A DNA stretch of 61,564 nucleotides, filler included. It is 3 parts of 3 records of this genome, joined end to end, with 100 filler letters (N's around TTAATTAATTAA, not from the genome) between each part and the next. Parts side by side here need not be neighbours in the genome. Positions count along the whole stretch, not along the records: positions 23,827 to 49,953 come from SRR22947725_2216; 2 more parts are not named here. One strand, given 5' to 3'. The first letter of the stretch is position 1. Each line of letters starts with the position of its first letter. Both the position numbers and the translations under genes were made by a program. The notes beneath the pieces were generated by a model that did no database searches, was not told the DNA's origin, and saw only the letters and a program-made list of their open reading frames with translations. Of the stretch, positions 29,080 through 40,230 are shown one piece after another.

Positions 29080-29571
29080 ATGAAAATTGCACTAACATTC
29101 TGTTGTTTTATACTTTGTTATGTGTCTTATGGCCAAGATTTAATAGGCCCTATTGAAATTGAAGCTTTACAAGAAAAACCCCATAGTGAATGGTTCGTAG
29201 CGGAGTATGACGCCTACCGACCATTTGGGAAAACCACCACACTTTTAGCTCCGCTATTAAAGGATATTGATATTGTGGTGTTTATGGGGACTTGGTGCTC
29301 GGATAGTCAACTTCAAGTGCCTGCGTTTTACAACATATTAGATGCCGCAGGGTATACTAAAAAAACGAAGCTTATTGCTGTTGATGCCGACAAAAAAACA
29401 CCCACTGGTAGTGCAGAAAAATACGGCATCACCAACGTGCCTACCTTTATTTTTTACAATGCCGACGGTGTAGAAATTAACCGAATCGTTGAGTCCCCTA
29501 TCGAATTTCTTGAAGATGATATGCTGCAACTATTAAGCGGCTTGGATTACAAACACACGTACGAAGATTAA
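29080..29571 (+). CDS. Secreted thioredoxin-fold protein (CxxS)
   Basis: Signal peptide; GTWCSDS; VPTFIF. Confidence 0.85.
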   Translation: MKIALTFCCFILCYVSYGQDLIGPIEIEALQEKPHSEWFVAEYDAYRPFGKTTTLLAPLLKDIDIVVFMGTWCSDSQLQVPAFYNILDAAGYTKKTKLIAVDADKKTPTGSAEKYGITNVPTFIFYNADGVEINRIVESPIEFLEDDMLQLLSGLDYKHTYED

Positions 29572-30389
29572 TGTCCTTACAAAAAACAACAGAAGAAATT
29601 GAGCTTATCCGCACTAGCGCCCTATTGGTTTCCAAAACCTTAGGGATGTTAGCAGCAGAGATTAAGCCGGGTGTTAGCACCCTAGAACTCGACAAAAAAG
29701 CAGAGGCGTTTATCCGTGATCACGATGCGATTCCAGGGTTTTTGGGGTTATATGGCTTTCCAAACACCTTGTGTATGAGTCCAAACGAACAGGTTGTTCA
29801 TGGCATCCCCAATGACACTCCCTTGGAAAATGGTGAGATTATTTCTATTGATTGCGGCGTACTCAAAAACGGTTATTACGGCGATCACGCGTATACATTT
29901 TCAGTAGGTGAAATTGACCCTGAAACGACAAAACTTCTCGATAGAACCAAAGAATCACTATACATTGGAATTGAAGCATTTCGCAGCGGCAACCGTGTGG
30001 GAGATGTAGGCTATGCCATTCAACAGCACGTGGAGCAATTTGGCTATGGCGTGGTACGCGAACTGGTAGGCCACGGTTTAGGGAAAACGATGCACGAAAA
30101 ACCTGAAATGCCGAATTATGGGAAACGCGGAAAAGGCAAAGCCTTTTTAGAAGGAATGGTCGTTGCTATTGAACCCATGATTAATCGAGGGACACACCGC
30201 ATCAAACAACTTAAAGACGGCTGGACTATTTTAACTGCCGATGGTGCACCTAGTGCGCATTTTGAACATAACGTAGCACTAGTAAATGGCAAGCCCGAAA
30301 TGCTTTCGACATTCCAATACATCTACGAAGCATTGGGAATTACTTCCGATGAGGAAATTCCTTTTAGAACAGCGTCTATTTTACGATGA
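29571..30389 (+). CDS. map: Methionine aminopeptidase type I
   Basis: VVHGIP, SIDCG, GDHAYT, GHGLG...HE, AIEPM, SAHFEH. Confidence 0.96.
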   Translation: MSLQKTTEEIELIRTSALLVSKTLGMLAAEIKPGVSTLELDKKAEAFIRDHDAIPGFLGLYGFPNTLCMSPNEQVVHGIPNDTPLENGEIISIDCGVLKNGYYGDHAYTFSVGEIDPETTKLLDRTKESLYIGIEAFRSGNRVGDVGYAIQQHVEQFGYGVVRELVGHGLGKTMHEKPEMPNYGKRGKGKAFLEGMVVAIEPMINRGTHRIKQLKDGWTILTADGAPSAHFEHNVALVNGKPEMLSTFQYIYEALGITSDEEIPFRTASILR

Positions 30390-31162
30390 AAAAGCTAGCG
30401 CAATGGCTACTTGGATTATTCCCTAGAGCTGCCTTACAGCGTTTAGCCAATATTCTTTTACCCATTTTAGACCTCTGGTTTCGTGGCAGTCGGTATACTG
30501 ATCCGATAAATGGAAAATCGTATCGTAAATTTTTGCCTTATGGCTATGTCAAGGTCCGTCCAAATGTATTAAGTCCTGGGACACTTTCCTTAGAACGCCA
30601 CCGGCTAATTTGGCTTTACTTAAAGCGAGAAACCAACTTCTTTGAAATGCCAATAAACGTCTTGCATATGGCTCCAGAAAAAGCATTCCTGTCTCGATTA
30701 AAAAAGAGTAAAACATTAGACTACACCACCTGTGATTTATCTTCGCCCCTAGCCGATATTAAAGCTGACATCTGTGCACTTCCATTTAAAGATCAGGTGT
30801 TTGATTGGGTGTTATGCAATCACGTTTTGGAGCATATTCCAGACGACCAGACAGCGATGAAAGAACTTTTTCGGGTATTGAAACCTGGAGGAAAGGCGTT
30901 GCTTCAAGTGCCTTTGGACCCAAAACGAAAAACAACTTTTGAAGATGACAGTATTACAAATAAGGCCGAACGTACTCGTGTATTTGGACAATACGATCAT
31001 GTACGAATTTATGGATTGGATTACTTCGATAAACTTCGCGCGGTGGGCTTTGAAGTTGAGGAATTGCAGTACGCAAAAAACCTTTTAGATGAGGAACAAA
31101 AGCGCTATGGTGTTGTTGCCAACGAATACATCCCAGTGTGTACGCGCCCTATTCAAGAGTAA
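30386..31162 (+). CDS. Class I SAM-dependent methyltransferase
   Basis: LHMAPE, CNHVLEHIPDD, RVLKPGG. Confidence 0.85.
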   Translation: MKKLAQWLLGLFPRAALQRLANILLPILDLWFRGSRYTDPINGKSYRKFLPYGYVKVRPNVLSPGTLSLERHRLIWLYLKRETNFFEMPINVLHMAPEKAFLSRLKKSKTLDYTTCDLSSPLADIKADICALPFKDQVFDWVLCNHVLEHIPDDQTAMKELFRVLKPGGKALLQVPLDPKRKTTFEDDSITNKAERTRVFGQYDHVRIYGLDYFDKLRAVGFEVEELQYAKNLLDEEQKRYGVVANEYIPVCTRPIQE

Positions 31163-32162
31163 ATTCAAATCCAGCGGTTGCTGTAATACGAACCGTATCA
31201 TTCACAGCAAGAACCCACAAAGCCTCCACACGTTCAAGGTTGTTTATTAGCACCTTCCCTTCATTATAAGGCATCGCCATTAGTGCTGTTGCATACGCAT
31301 CGGCGAGCATTGTTGAGGCTGCCTGTACAGAAGTGCTAAGCACCTCACTTTTTACCGGATGTCCTGTCATCGGATTGATGGTGTGCACATAACGATTTCC
31401 CGCTGCATCGATACGGAATTTCCGATAATTACCCGAAGATGCTAAGGCTTGATTTTCTAGCGGTAAGGTCGCAATAAACTGGCGAGAAATATCCTGTTTT
31501 GGATGATCGATGGCTACACGCCATGGAAGATTCTTTACAGGGTGTGTTCCCTTTGCGTATAACTCACCTCCAACTTCTACCAAAAAATCTGTGTAGTCTA
31601 AAGAGACTAACGCCTCGCTAAGCATATCAACGGCATATCCTTTTGCAATGGCATTATAATCTATAAATATATTTGGGTGCTGCTTTTTTATGAATCCCTT
31701 CTCAGTTAAAGCTACTTTTGAAAAGCCTGTCAGCACCATTAAACTATCAATAGCCTTTGCTCCAATCTGTTTCAACGGTTTTGTAGGACCAAAACCATAG
31801 GCATTGACCAACGCGCCTACTGTAGGGTCGAAGTAGCCGTCAGTTTGATCCCAAACAAGTTTTGCGGCATCATAAACACGTTTAAAGTCAGTGTCAATCT
31901 GAACGGATTCTCCCCTATTAACTTTAGAAATAAGCGAATTGGGCCAATACGTAGACATGGATTGATTGATACGCAAAAAAACTGCATCAATAGAGTCCAA
32001 CAGCACTGTGTTAGGTGCAGTGTCTAGGTATAAAATCGAATAACTTGTTCCTAATGCGTCCCCTTGAGCACGTTGTAAATTAGGTGTATTGTCGCAAGCT
32101 ATTAGTGCAAAAAAACACAGCAGTATACTACACTTCTTGAAGACCTGTAAAGTTTGTTGCAT
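31149..32162 (-). CDS. apbE: FAD:protein FMN transferase ApbE (lipoprotein)
   Basis: LIAC lipobox, FDPTVG, NAIAKGYAVD, EVGGE, SSGNYR, HTINP, ADAYATA; start reassigned to 32162. Confidence 0.93.
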   Translation of the reverse strand: MQQTLQVFKKCSILLCFFALIACDNTPNLQRAQGDALGTSYSILYLDTAPNTVLLDSIDAVFLRINQSMSTYWPNSLISKVNRGESVQIDTDFKRVYDAAKLVWDQTDGYFDPTVGALVNAYGFGPTKPLKQIGAKAIDSLMVLTGFSKVALTEKGFIKKQHPNIFIDYNAIAKGYAVDMLSEALVSLDYTDFLVEVGGELYAKGTHPVKNLPWRVAIDHPKQDISRQFIATLPLENQALASSGNYRKFRIDAAGNRYVHTINPMTGHPVKSEVLSTSVQAASTMLADAYATALMAMPYNEGKVLINNLERVEALWVLAVNDTVRITATAGFEFTLE

Positions 32163-32484
32163 AGGGTTCGTTTTTGGAAAGTGGCTTGGAGTAGTCTTCA
32201 GCATGCGCAAAACCAACTCCTGCAAAATAGGCTTTTGCTTTAAATTTTTGAGCATGTTCCTTGACTTGTTCCATCAAGGTTTTGTCAAAGTCCTTAGGAT
32301 TGTTGGGATAACGCACATGCCTTACAATAACAAAGCGCAGAATTTTATCCTTGGTACACACAAATTGTGGATCCTTTTTGGGTGCACTATTTACCGCTAA
32401 AAACTCAAATCCTTGTTCCTCTAAAGAGGCGCCAACGGTATTCATGGCCAGTTGATGAAGTTCGTTTTCAGAAAGCTGATTCAT
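32128..32484 (-). CDS. Conserved hypothetical protein between nqrF and apbE
   Basis: 118-aa ORF with its own TAAATTTG promoter; pattern resembles a degenerate YraN/PD-(D/E)xK fold. Confidence 0.75.
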   Translation of the reverse strand: MNQLSENELHQLAMNTVGASLEEQGFEFLAVNSAPKKDPQFVCTKDKILRFVIVRHVRYPNNPKDFDKTLMEQVKEHAQKFKAKAYFAGVGFAHAEDYSKPLSKNEPYATNFTGLQEV

Positions 32485-32497
32485 GCTACAAATTTAC

Positions 32498-32522
32498 AAA
32501 AAAAGAGGCCGAAGCCTCTTTT
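32498..32522 (-). terminator. Rho-independent terminator of the nqr operon
   Basis: Minus strand AAAAGAGGC-TTCG-GCCTCTTTTTTT immediately after the nqrF stop. Confidence 0.85.
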
Positions 32523-32527
32523 GTATG

Positions 32528-33823
32528 TTATCCTCCAAAGTCGTCGAATCGAACATTTTCTGGTGGCACACCAAAGTCTTCTGCCATCTTTTCAACGGCT
32601 TGATTCATAAGTGGTGGTCCACAGAAATAGACCTCTATATCTTCAGGAGCCTCATGATCGTTCAGGTAATTGTCAATAACCACTTGGTGTACAAATCCTA
32701 CAAAACCATCGCCTTCGCCATCTAAACCATCTTTTACACTCCAGTTATCTTCTTCCGAAGGTTCAGATAAGGCAATGTAAAATTTAAAGTTTGGAAAATC
32801 ACGCTCAAGTGCACGGAAATGTTCGGTGTAGAACAACTCACGTTTAGAACGACCTCCATACCAAAAAGTAACTTTACGTCCTGTTTTTAGGGTACGGAAT
32901 AGGTGATATAAATGCGAACGCATAGGTGCCATACCTGCGCCTCCACCTACATAAAGCATTTCCTCTTCCGAATGGTTGATAAAGAACTCGCCGTAAGGTC
33001 CAGAAATAGTTACTGGATCCCCTTTCTTTTTTGAAAAGATATAAGACGAAGCAATACCAGGATTTACATCTGCCCAACCGCCTTTTACTCGATCAAAAGG
33101 AGGCGTGGCAATACGTACGTTTAGCATGATTTCTTTCCCTTCTGCAGGGTAAGAAGCCATAGAATATGCACGTTCAACCAACTCAGGGTTTTTCATTTTC
33201 AAGTCCCAGAGTTTGAATTTGTCCCACTCTAGTTTAAACTTATTGATGTCTTCGGGATGCTCTTCAGGGTGCGCAGAAATATCAACATCCTTAAAATCAA
33301 CCTCACATTTTGGAATCTCTATTTGGATATATCCACCAGCTTCATAGTGCATATCATCCGGTATTTCGACAACAAACTCTTTAATAAACGAAGCCACGTT
33401 CCAGTTACGAACCACTTTAGCTTCATATTTTTTAATTCCGAAGACTTCTTCAGGAACATCAATAACCATATTTTCTTTAACCTTGACTTGGCAGCCTAGA
33501 CGCCATCCTTCGGCAATTTCTTTTCGTGAAAAGTGCGGAGTTTCAGTAGGGAGAATTTCTCCTCCACCTTCTTTAACAATACATTTACATTGGATACAAG
33601 TTCCTCCACCCCCACAGGCAGATGGCAAAAATATTTTATTGTCTCCAAGGGTAGAAAGCAACGTACTTCCAGAGGATACTTCAACATCCTTTTCACCATT
33701 AATAAATAGTTTCACAGGACCAGAAGGCATAAGGCGGGCTTTTACACCCAATAACATTCCCACCAATAAAAATGTGATGGTTAAGAAAACAACGACACTT
33801 GCAACAATTACTGTAATATCCAT
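32528..33823 (-). CDS. nqrF: Na+-NQR subunit F
   Basis: [10 protein letters not shown] 2Fe-2S motif, [24 protein letters not shown]. Confidence 0.97.
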   Translation of the reverse strand: MDITVIVASVVVFLTITFLLVGMLLGVKARLMPSGPVKLFINGEKDVEVSSGSTLLSTLGDNKIFLPSACGGGGTCIQCKCIVKEGGGEILPTETPHFSRKEIAEGWRLGCQVKVKENMVIDVPEEVFGIKKYEAKVVRNWNVASFIKEFVVEIPDDMHYEAGGYIQIEIPKCEVDFKDVDISAHPEEHPEDINKFKLEWDKFKLWDLKMKNPELVERAYSMASYPAEGKEIMLNVRIATPPFDRVKGGWADVNPGIASSYIFSKKKGDPVTISGPYGEFFINHSEEEMLYVGGGAGMAPMRSHLYHLFRTLKTGRKVTFWYGGRSKRELFYTEHFRALERDFPNFKFYIALSEPSEEDNWSVKDGLDGEGDGFVGFVHQVVIDNYLNDHEAPEDIEVYFCGPPLMNQAVEKMAEDFGVPPENVRFDDFGG

Positions 33824-33832
33824 AGGGTATAA

Positions 33833-34447
33833 TTATAATTTGATTCCCATAAAACTCATAAATCCAATGGCCATAAGCCCTGTAATAATAAAGGTTATAC
33901 CCAGTCCACGCAACGGAGCAGGAATGTTAGAGTAAGCGATTTTTTCACGAATCGCTGCAATGGCCAAAATAGCCAACAACCATCCTATACCAGATCCAAA
34001 TCCGTAGACTGCAGACTCACCAATAGAAGCAAAGCTTTTTTGCTGCATAAAAAGTGAACCTCCTAAAATGGCGCAGTTTACTGCTATAAGCGGTAAAAAG
34101 ATTCCCAAGGCTCCGTATAAAGCAGGAGCAAATTTTTCAACAATCATTTCTACCAACTGTACCATAGAGGCAATTACAGCAATAAACATGATGAAACTCA
34201 AAAAGCTTAAATCTAGTGCGGCATAATCTGATCCAAGCCAAGCCATAGCACCTGGTTTTAACAAATAATTGTCAAGCAAATAGTTAATAGGAACCGTAAT
34301 AGACAGTACAAAAATAACGGCTAAGCCAAGACCTACCGCTGTTTTGACTGTTTTAGAAACCGCTAAGTACGAACACATTCCCAGGAAATAGGCGAAGATC
34401 ATGTTCTCTATAAAAATACTTTTTACAAAAAGATTAATGAAATCCAT
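33833..34447 (-). CDS. nqrE: Na+-NQR subunit E
   Basis: [23 protein letters not shown]. Confidence 0.96.
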   Translation of the reverse strand: MDFINLFVKSIFIENMIFAYFLGMCSYLAVSKTVKTAVGLGLAVIFVLSITVPINYLLDNYLLKPGAMAWLGSDYAALDLSFLSFIMFIAVIASMVQLVEMIVEKFAPALYGALGIFLPLIAVNCAILGGSLFMQQKSFASIGESAVYGFGSGIGWLLAILAIAAIREKIAYSNIPAPLRGLGITFIITGLMAIGFMSFMGIKL

Positions 34448-34450
34448 GGT

Positions 34451-35140
34451 TTAATTTTTTTCAATGAGTTTACGATTACGTGCGCGCTGCACCCATATAA
34501 TAAGTCCAAGAGTGATAAGCGCCATTGGAGAAAGCAACATTAACCCGTTGTTTTCATAGCCCATTTCATAAAGTGCATCTGGAATAACTTGATAGCCATA
34601 GAGTTTTCCAGAACCTAAAAGTTCACGGAAAAAGGCAACAAGAATCAGCATAAAGCCATAGCCAGCTGCATTACCAACACCATCTAAAAATGATTTCCAT
34701 ACCCCATTCCCTAAAGCAAAAGCCTCCAAGCGACCCATTACAATACAGTTGGTGATAATAAGCCCAATAAAGATTGAGAGCTGCTTACTTACATCGTAAG
34801 CGTAAGCACGTAATACTTGATCTACAAGAATAACCATAGAAGCTACTACAACCAATTGAACTATAATCCGAATTCGATTTGGAATGGCATTTCTAAGAAG
34901 GGATACAATGACATTACTGGCCGCCATTACAGCAATAACCGAAAGGGTCATTACTACGGCAGGTTTTAATTGAACGGTTATCGCTAGTGCAGAGCAAATC
35001 CCTAATACCTGAACAGTAATAGGGTTGTTATCGTCCAAAGGATCTTTCAGAAGTCCTCTATTCTTTTTAGAAAAAAGCGGCTCACGCTCTTTGGCTACAA
35101 AGAAAATAGCGGGTTTTTTGGTTGCTTTTGGTTGTGACAT
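34451..35140 (-). CDS. nqrD: Na+-NQR subunit D
   Basis: NPITVQVLGICSALA, LIITNCIVMGR. Confidence 0.96.
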   Translation of the reverse strand: MSQPKATKKPAIFFVAKEREPLFSKKNRGLLKDPLDDNNPITVQVLGICSALAITVQLKPAVVMTLSVIAVMAASNVIVSLLRNAIPNRIRIIVQLVVVASMVILVDQVLRAYAYDVSKQLSIFIGLIITNCIVMGRLEAFALGNGVWKSFLDGVGNAAGYGFMLILVAFFRELLGSGKLYGYQVIPDALYEMGYENNGLMLLSPMALITLGLIIWVQRARNRKLIEKN

Positions 35141-35142
35141 AA

Positions 35143-35877
35143 TTAGTTGTTGTACGCAAGGTCTGCGGGTTCGGCTTTTAGGTAGGGTAAATAGTGTTGC
35201 AAGCGTTCTACAATCATCGCAGAAACACCATCACCGGTAATTGTTGCGCCCGAAATGGCATCAACTTCATGGTCGTCTTTATCAGTATCGTTAGGGTCGT
35301 TATTGGTTTTCGAAACAGCAATACCAACCAATGCTCCAGTAGTATCAAATATTTTTTCTCCAACAAATCGATCCATAAACCATTGTTGGGTGATTTCTGC
35401 CCCAAGTCCAGCTGTTTCTCCTTTATGGTCAAACACCGCACCTACGATGGTGTTTTTATCTTGATCAAGAGCGATATAGCCCCAAATGGCATCCCAAAGA
35501 CCTGAGCCGCGAAGAGGAATAATATAATATTGCGCTGCATCCACATTTGCCACATAAAGCGGAAAACGCTGCTGATCCACATCTTTTTTAAGCTCAAATG
35601 CTAATTTCACATCAGAAAATGCGTTAACCTGCTCGTCGACTGAACCGTCATTTTTAAGTGCTAGCTGTTCGGTAATGTATTGGTTAAATAATACTTCGGC
35701 ACCATCTCTATCGGTTTCAATTCCAATGGTAGATAGAATATTTTGCATTTTCTCTTTACGTACATTTTCTCCTTGTAGGTCTTTGAGCGAGCTAGCCGTA
35801 AAAGCCAACACAGAAGCAACTACCAAAACCATGGCAGCAGCAAAACCAAAAGTATATCCGTTCGAATCTCTGTTCAT
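35143..35877 (-). CDS. nqrC: Na+-NQR subunit C
   Basis: GLWDAIWGY, HKGETAGLG, FMN site DAISGAT. Confidence 0.96.
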   Translation of the reverse strand: MNRDSNGYTFGFAAAMVLVVASVLAFTASSLKDLQGENVRKEKMQNILSTIGIETDRDGAEVLFNQYITEQLALKNDGSVDEQVNAFSDVKLAFELKKDVDQQRFPLYVANVDAAQYYIIPLRGSGLWDAIWGYIALDQDKNTIVGAVFDHKGETAGLGAEITQQWFMDRFVGEKIFDTTGALVGIAVSKTNNDPNDTDKDDHEVDAISGATITGDGVSAMIVERLQHYLPYLKAEPADLAYNN

Positions 35878-37028
35878 GATGCGGGTGTTAGAGTGGCACT
35901 TAGACGTTTTTTGCGTCGTTTAACATTTCCTTCAACGACATAGTGGTCGATGGTAGGAGCAAATACATTCATTAATAATATAGCAAGCATGACACCTTCA
36001 GGGTATGCTGGATTAAAAACACGTATAAGAATACAGAAGACCCCTACGAGAACACCATATATCCATTTTCCCTTGGTGGTTTGAGCAGCAGATACTGGAT
36101 CAGTAGCCATAAAAACAACACCAAAAGCGAATCCACCAACAACGAGGTGATTCATCCAGCTAAAAGACATCAATGCATTGGCTCCCCAAAGATTAAACAG
36201 CATCCCAGTAGCAGCAGCACCTAATACTCCTCCTATCATAATACGCCAACTACCTATACCGGTAAAGATTAGAATCGCCGCACCTACAAGAACCCAAAGG
36301 GTAGAGGTTTCGGCAATAGATCCTGGAATTGCTCCAATAAACATATCAAACATGGAATAGCTAACATCGTTTCCAGCAGCCAAGCTCCCTAAGATTGTTT
36401 CTCCAGAAATACCGTCCACATTGGATGCTTCTGAGACCCAGACTTTATTTCCAGACATGTATGTAGGGTATGCAAAGAATGCGAAAGCCCGTGCGGTTAA
36501 TGCAGGGTTTAGAATATTCATTCCCGTTCCACCAAAAGCTTCTTTGGCAATAAATACAGCAAAAGCCACGGATAGACCAACCATCCATAAAGGAATATCG
36601 ACAGGCATAATCATAGGGATTAGAAGCCCTGTAACTAAATAACCTTCGTTGACTTCATGCCCGCGATAAACGGCAAAAGCAAACTCAATTGCAAGTCCAA
36701 CTCCGTATGAAACCACAACCATGGGGATAATTTTCAGCGCTCCATGAAGTAAGGCATCCCAAAAAGTAAAGGCAATACCTGATTGAATAAAATACTGGTA
36801 CCCCGTATTGTAAACACCATAAATAAAGGCTGGTAACAAAGCAATGATAACGGTAACCATGGTGCGCTTTAAGTCTACAGCATCACGAATGTGTGCTCCT
36901 TTATGTGTGGTGTGATTGGGCACAAATAAAAAAGTGTCAAATGCATTTACCGCTGGGGCAAAGCGTTCAAATTTTTGGCCTTTACCAAATGGTTTCTTAA
37001 GTGCGTCTATACGTTCGCGTAATTTCAT
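35874..37028 (-). CDS. nqrB: Na+-NQR subunit B
   Basis: HIRDAVDLKRTM, FGGTGMNILNPAL, FMN site DGISGET, FMATDPVS. Confidence 0.96.
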   Translation of the reverse strand: MKLRERIDALKKPFGKGQKFERFAPAVNAFDTFLFVPNHTTHKGAHIRDAVDLKRTMVTVIIALLPAFIYGVYNTGYQYFIQSGIAFTFWDALLHGALKIIPMVVVSYGVGLAIEFAFAVYRGHEVNEGYLVTGLLIPMIMPVDIPLWMVGLSVAFAVFIAKEAFGGTGMNILNPALTARAFAFFAYPTYMSGNKVWVSEASNVDGISGETILGSLAAGNDVSYSMFDMFIGAIPGSIAETSTLWVLVGAAILIFTGIGSWRIMIGGVLGAAATGMLFNLWGANALMSFSWMNHLVVGGFAFGVVFMATDPVSAAQTTKGKWIYGVLVGVFCILIRVFNPAYPEGVMLAILLMNVFAPTIDHYVVEGNVKRRKKRLSATLTPAS

Positions 37029-37037
37029 ATTGTTTTC

Positions 37038-38390
37038 TTAACCAACTTCTTTAATCATCAAATCCAATGCTTCTCGAATAATCGCTTGCGCTTCTATCTT
37101 AGAAGTGCTTGCATAATCAATCAAAGCAAAATCTTCTGGAGCTACCTCATAAATTCCAAGGGCTTCCATCTTTTCTATATTTTCAACCATACACTCTTTT
37201 AATAACTGCATTGGTAAAATATCCATTGGTAAAACACGCTCCATTTCGCCTGTAACAACCAATGCACGCTCTTCACCGTTCATGTTTGTATCAAGTGCAT
37301 AGCTGCGTTTGGGAAATAACCAAGATAATGAGGTGCGTGACATACTATAGATTTTAGCTCCTACAAAAGGCAACCATCCAAACATGCGATAATGATTTCC
37401 TTCAGATAATATCGATAGCGTATTGTTGTAAAAACCAAGACTACCATCGGCATGCGTGGCCTGGCCAGAAAGCACATCTCCATTTACCACTCTAATTTGT
37501 CCAGCCGCATTGACTCCTGCAGCTTCAATTATAGGTGCTAAAGCAGCACCAATTCGGGTTTGGAAGTAACTTGGAGAGGCTAATACAGGGCCTACTACTG
37601 CAATTGTTCTTGATGGGTCAAACGTGCCAGTAGTAAAAAACCTACCAATGCGCGCGACATCTTCTGCGTTAATAGTCCAAGCAATTTCTCCTGCATTAAT
37701 AGCGTCAATATGGTGTATTTGCACACCAACATTCCCTGCGGGATGAATTCCCTTTACACGATGAATTTCTACTCCAGGGACACGCGATAAAAAAGAGGAA
37801 TCCTGATTAGAAACGGAAAGATGAATCTTTGAAGAAAGTTTGTTTATAACATCTATTCCGTGTTGAAAATCTTTTTGTTGATTCTCTAGCAAAAAAGGAA
37901 TGTCAGCAGCAAGGGGTGCCGTTGAAAATCCAGTTATAAAAATACCTTTAGGCGTGTGTCTAGGGTTTGCAATAACATCATAAGGCCGCTGCTTTATGAA
38001 TGGCCAGCAACCAGACCCCAATAGTTGTGATTTAACTGAGTCAGCATCAAGTGCATCGACTGCGGGAAGTTTGTGCTTTACGGCCTCATCCTTTCCGTCA
38101 GATTTAAGCGCTATAGAGAGAATCCGACGTTTAGCACCACGAACAATTTTGGTGAGCGTACCACTTACTGGAGAAACAAATTGAATCTCAGGATTGGCTT
38201 TAGAAAAGAAAATAGGCTGACCCAGTAAGACCGGTTCACCTTCTTTTACAAGCAATTTAGGTACTACGCCATGAAAATCGTCAGGGTATAGGGTGAAAAC
38301 ATCCGTAAGCTTGGATGCTTTTATTTCTAATGAGGCTTCTCCCCTTAAAGGAATTGTTAAGCCTTTTCTTAGGGTTATGTCAGCGGACAT
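37038..38390 (-). CDS. nqrA: Na+-NQR subunit A
   Basis: LRKGLTIPLRG, SPVSG, HPAGNVG, LGIYEVAPEDFAL; start reassigned to 38390 after TACATTTG promoter (38417-38410). Confidence 0.95.
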   Translation of the reverse strand: MSADITLRKGLTIPLRGEASLEIKASKLTDVFTLYPDDFHGVVPKLLVKEGEPVLLGQPIFFSKANPEIQFVSPVSGTLTKIVRGAKRRILSIALKSDGKDEAVKHKLPAVDALDADSVKSQLLGSGCWPFIKQRPYDVIANPRHTPKGIFITGFSTAPLAADIPFLLENQQKDFQHGIDVINKLSSKIHLSVSNQDSSFLSRVPGVEIHRVKGIHPAGNVGVQIHHIDAINAGEIAWTINAEDVARIGRFFTTGTFDPSRTIAVVGPVLASPSYFQTRIGAALAPIIEAAGVNAAGQIRVVNGDVLSGQATHADGSLGFYNNTLSILSEGNHYRMFGWLPFVGAKIYSMSRTSLSWLFPKRSYALDTNMNGEERALVVTGEMERVLPMDILPMQLLKECMVENIEKMEALGIYEVAPEDFALIDYASTSKIEAQAIIREALDLMIKEVG

Positions 38391-38563
38391 ACAGGTTGTT
38401 TTTGCAGTACAAATGTAACGCAAAAGCATTAAAAGTAAAGTGTATTTGGTCTTAAAATTATATTTTTATCAACGATTAATTAGATTGTTTAACTTTGGTG
38501 AGTGAGCAACTTTTTCAGTAACGAGCTAAACCCTCTTTAAACACACCTAAAACCAATATTCTT

Positions 38564-39811
38564 TTGATTTCAAACATTAAACAAAAAGTTCTTTTTTTAC
38601 TGTTACCGATGCTATGCTTTGGGCAAAATCTTACTGAGTACACCCCTCCATCAAATATAAAAACTGTTCGTCTTTACACGAATAGCCAACAAACTGCGCT
38701 TCCGATTGTACCACTTGATGGGCAGATTACACTCGAGTTTGATGATCTTAATGCTGACGACAGCACCTACTATTACACAATCGAACGTGCCAATGCAAAT
38801 TGGGGAAAAAGCGATTTGTTTAAAGCGGACTATATAGACGGGTATGACGACCTTCGGATTCAAAATATTTCATATTCGGTAGGTACGCTTCAGTCTTATA
38901 TTCATTATAAAATTCATCTTCCAAACACACAAACACGAATAACAAAAAGCGGCAATTACTTTTTAAATATTTGGGATGATAACAGAGAATTAGTCATAAA
39001 AAAACGCTTTGTTGTTTTTAGCAACGGGGCTAATGCAGGAGTTCGAATACATCGGGCGCAAAACCTTGACGAGATTCAAACGCACCAAAGTATCCAGTTC
39101 AGTGTAACAACAACTGATTTGACATTACGGATTCCTGAAAAACAATTAAAGATTTTTGTGGTGCAGAATCAACGTTGGCAAACATGGCGATCTGCTGGAA
39201 CCGCGACATACCTTCTTGGGGATAAACTAGAATTCAACTACAAACCTGAAACGCTTTTTTCTGCTGGAAATGAATATCATTTTTTCGACACGCAAGACTT
39301 AAGAAGCGGAGGGGGCAATGTTGCTTACGTTCTTCGTGAAAATTTATATGTTTCGGTATTGGCCCCTCAATGGGTTCGAGCAGGGCGTCCCTACACCTAC
39401 GCTCCTGACATCAATGGTGACTTTCGAATCAGCACCTTTCAAGGGATTAATTCGGATACAGAATCGGATTATAGTAAAGTAATATTCTCACTTTTTCCGG
39501 AAGATTTTTTGTTTGATTTAGATCACTATGTGATTGGAGATTTTAACCAACACATACAAGAAGAAGAAAACAGGCTGGTATACAATTCCGAATCGGGCCG
39601 TTTTGAAACAACACTTTTGATGAAGCAGGGGATTTATAATTATTCGTTTACTAGCAGTGACGGAACCAATAATTACAGCAATCTGATTTCTGGAAGTTAT
39701 TGGCCAACAGAGAATAACTATACTGTTTTGGTATATTATCGTGCTTTAGGAGCGCGATGTGACGAACTTGTTGCTATTGGGAGTGCAAATTCAATTGACA
39801 TCGGGTTATAG
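38564..39811 (+). CDS. DUF5103 protein (T9SS plug-like)
   Basis: Signal peptide; LEFDDL, TKSGNY, AGNEY, DING, KQGIYNY, TENNY motifs recalled for this family. Confidence 0.75.
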   Translation: MISNIKQKVLFLLLPMLCFGQNLTEYTPPSNIKTVRLYTNSQQTALPIVPLDGQITLEFDDLNADDSTYYYTIERANANWGKSDLFKADYIDGYDDLRIQNISYSVGTLQSYIHYKIHLPNTQTRITKSGNYFLNIWDDNRELVIKKRFVVFSNGANAGVRIHRAQNLDEIQTHQSIQFSVTTTDLTLRIPEKQLKIFVVQNQRWQTWRSAGTATYLLGDKLEFNYKPETLFSAGNEYHFFDTQDLRSGGGNVAYVLRENLYVSVLAPQWVRAGRPYTYAPDINGDFRISTFQGINSDTESDYSKVIFSLFPEDFLFDLDHYVIGDFNQHIQEEENRLVYNSESGRFETTLLMKQGIYNYSFTSSDGTNNYSNLISGSYWPTENNYTVLVYYRALGARCDELVAIGSANSIDIGL

Positions 39812-39833
39812 AGAAAATCATTACCTTTAACAT

Positions 39834-40220
39834 ATGATTCATCAAGTTACCCAAGGCATTCGCATTTCAGTGGTATCATTTTTTGAAGGTACTTACTTCA
39901 AAAACTACCGCTTGCATTTTTCTTTTGGGTATCGCATTTCTATTTCGAATCATGGAAAAGATCTTGTTCAACTGCAATCTAGGCATTGGAAAATTTTTGA
40001 TGCATTAAAAGCAACTTCTTTAGTTGACGGTGAAGGAGTTGTTGGAAAGAAGCCTGTAATAAAACCTGGGCAAGTTTACACCTACCAATCGGGTTGTCTA
40101 CTATCATCCCCACTTGGTGCTATGGAAGGGCATTTTACCATGATAAATCTTGCTACAACAAAAACATTTAGAGCTTACATTCCAAAGTTTGAACTCAACA
40201 CACCCTTTGCATTAAATTAA
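39834..40220 (+). CDS. apaG: ApaG protein
   Basis: VQLQSRHWKI, GEGVVGKKPVI, YQSGC. Confidence 0.93.
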   Translation: MIHQVTQGIRISVVSFFEGTYFKNYRLHFSFGYRISISNHGKDLVQLQSRHWKIFDALKATSLVDGEGVVGKKPVIKPGQVYTYQSGCLLSSPLGAMEGHFTMINLATTKTFRAYIPKFELNTPFALN

Positions 40221-40230
40221 ATTTACTGCT

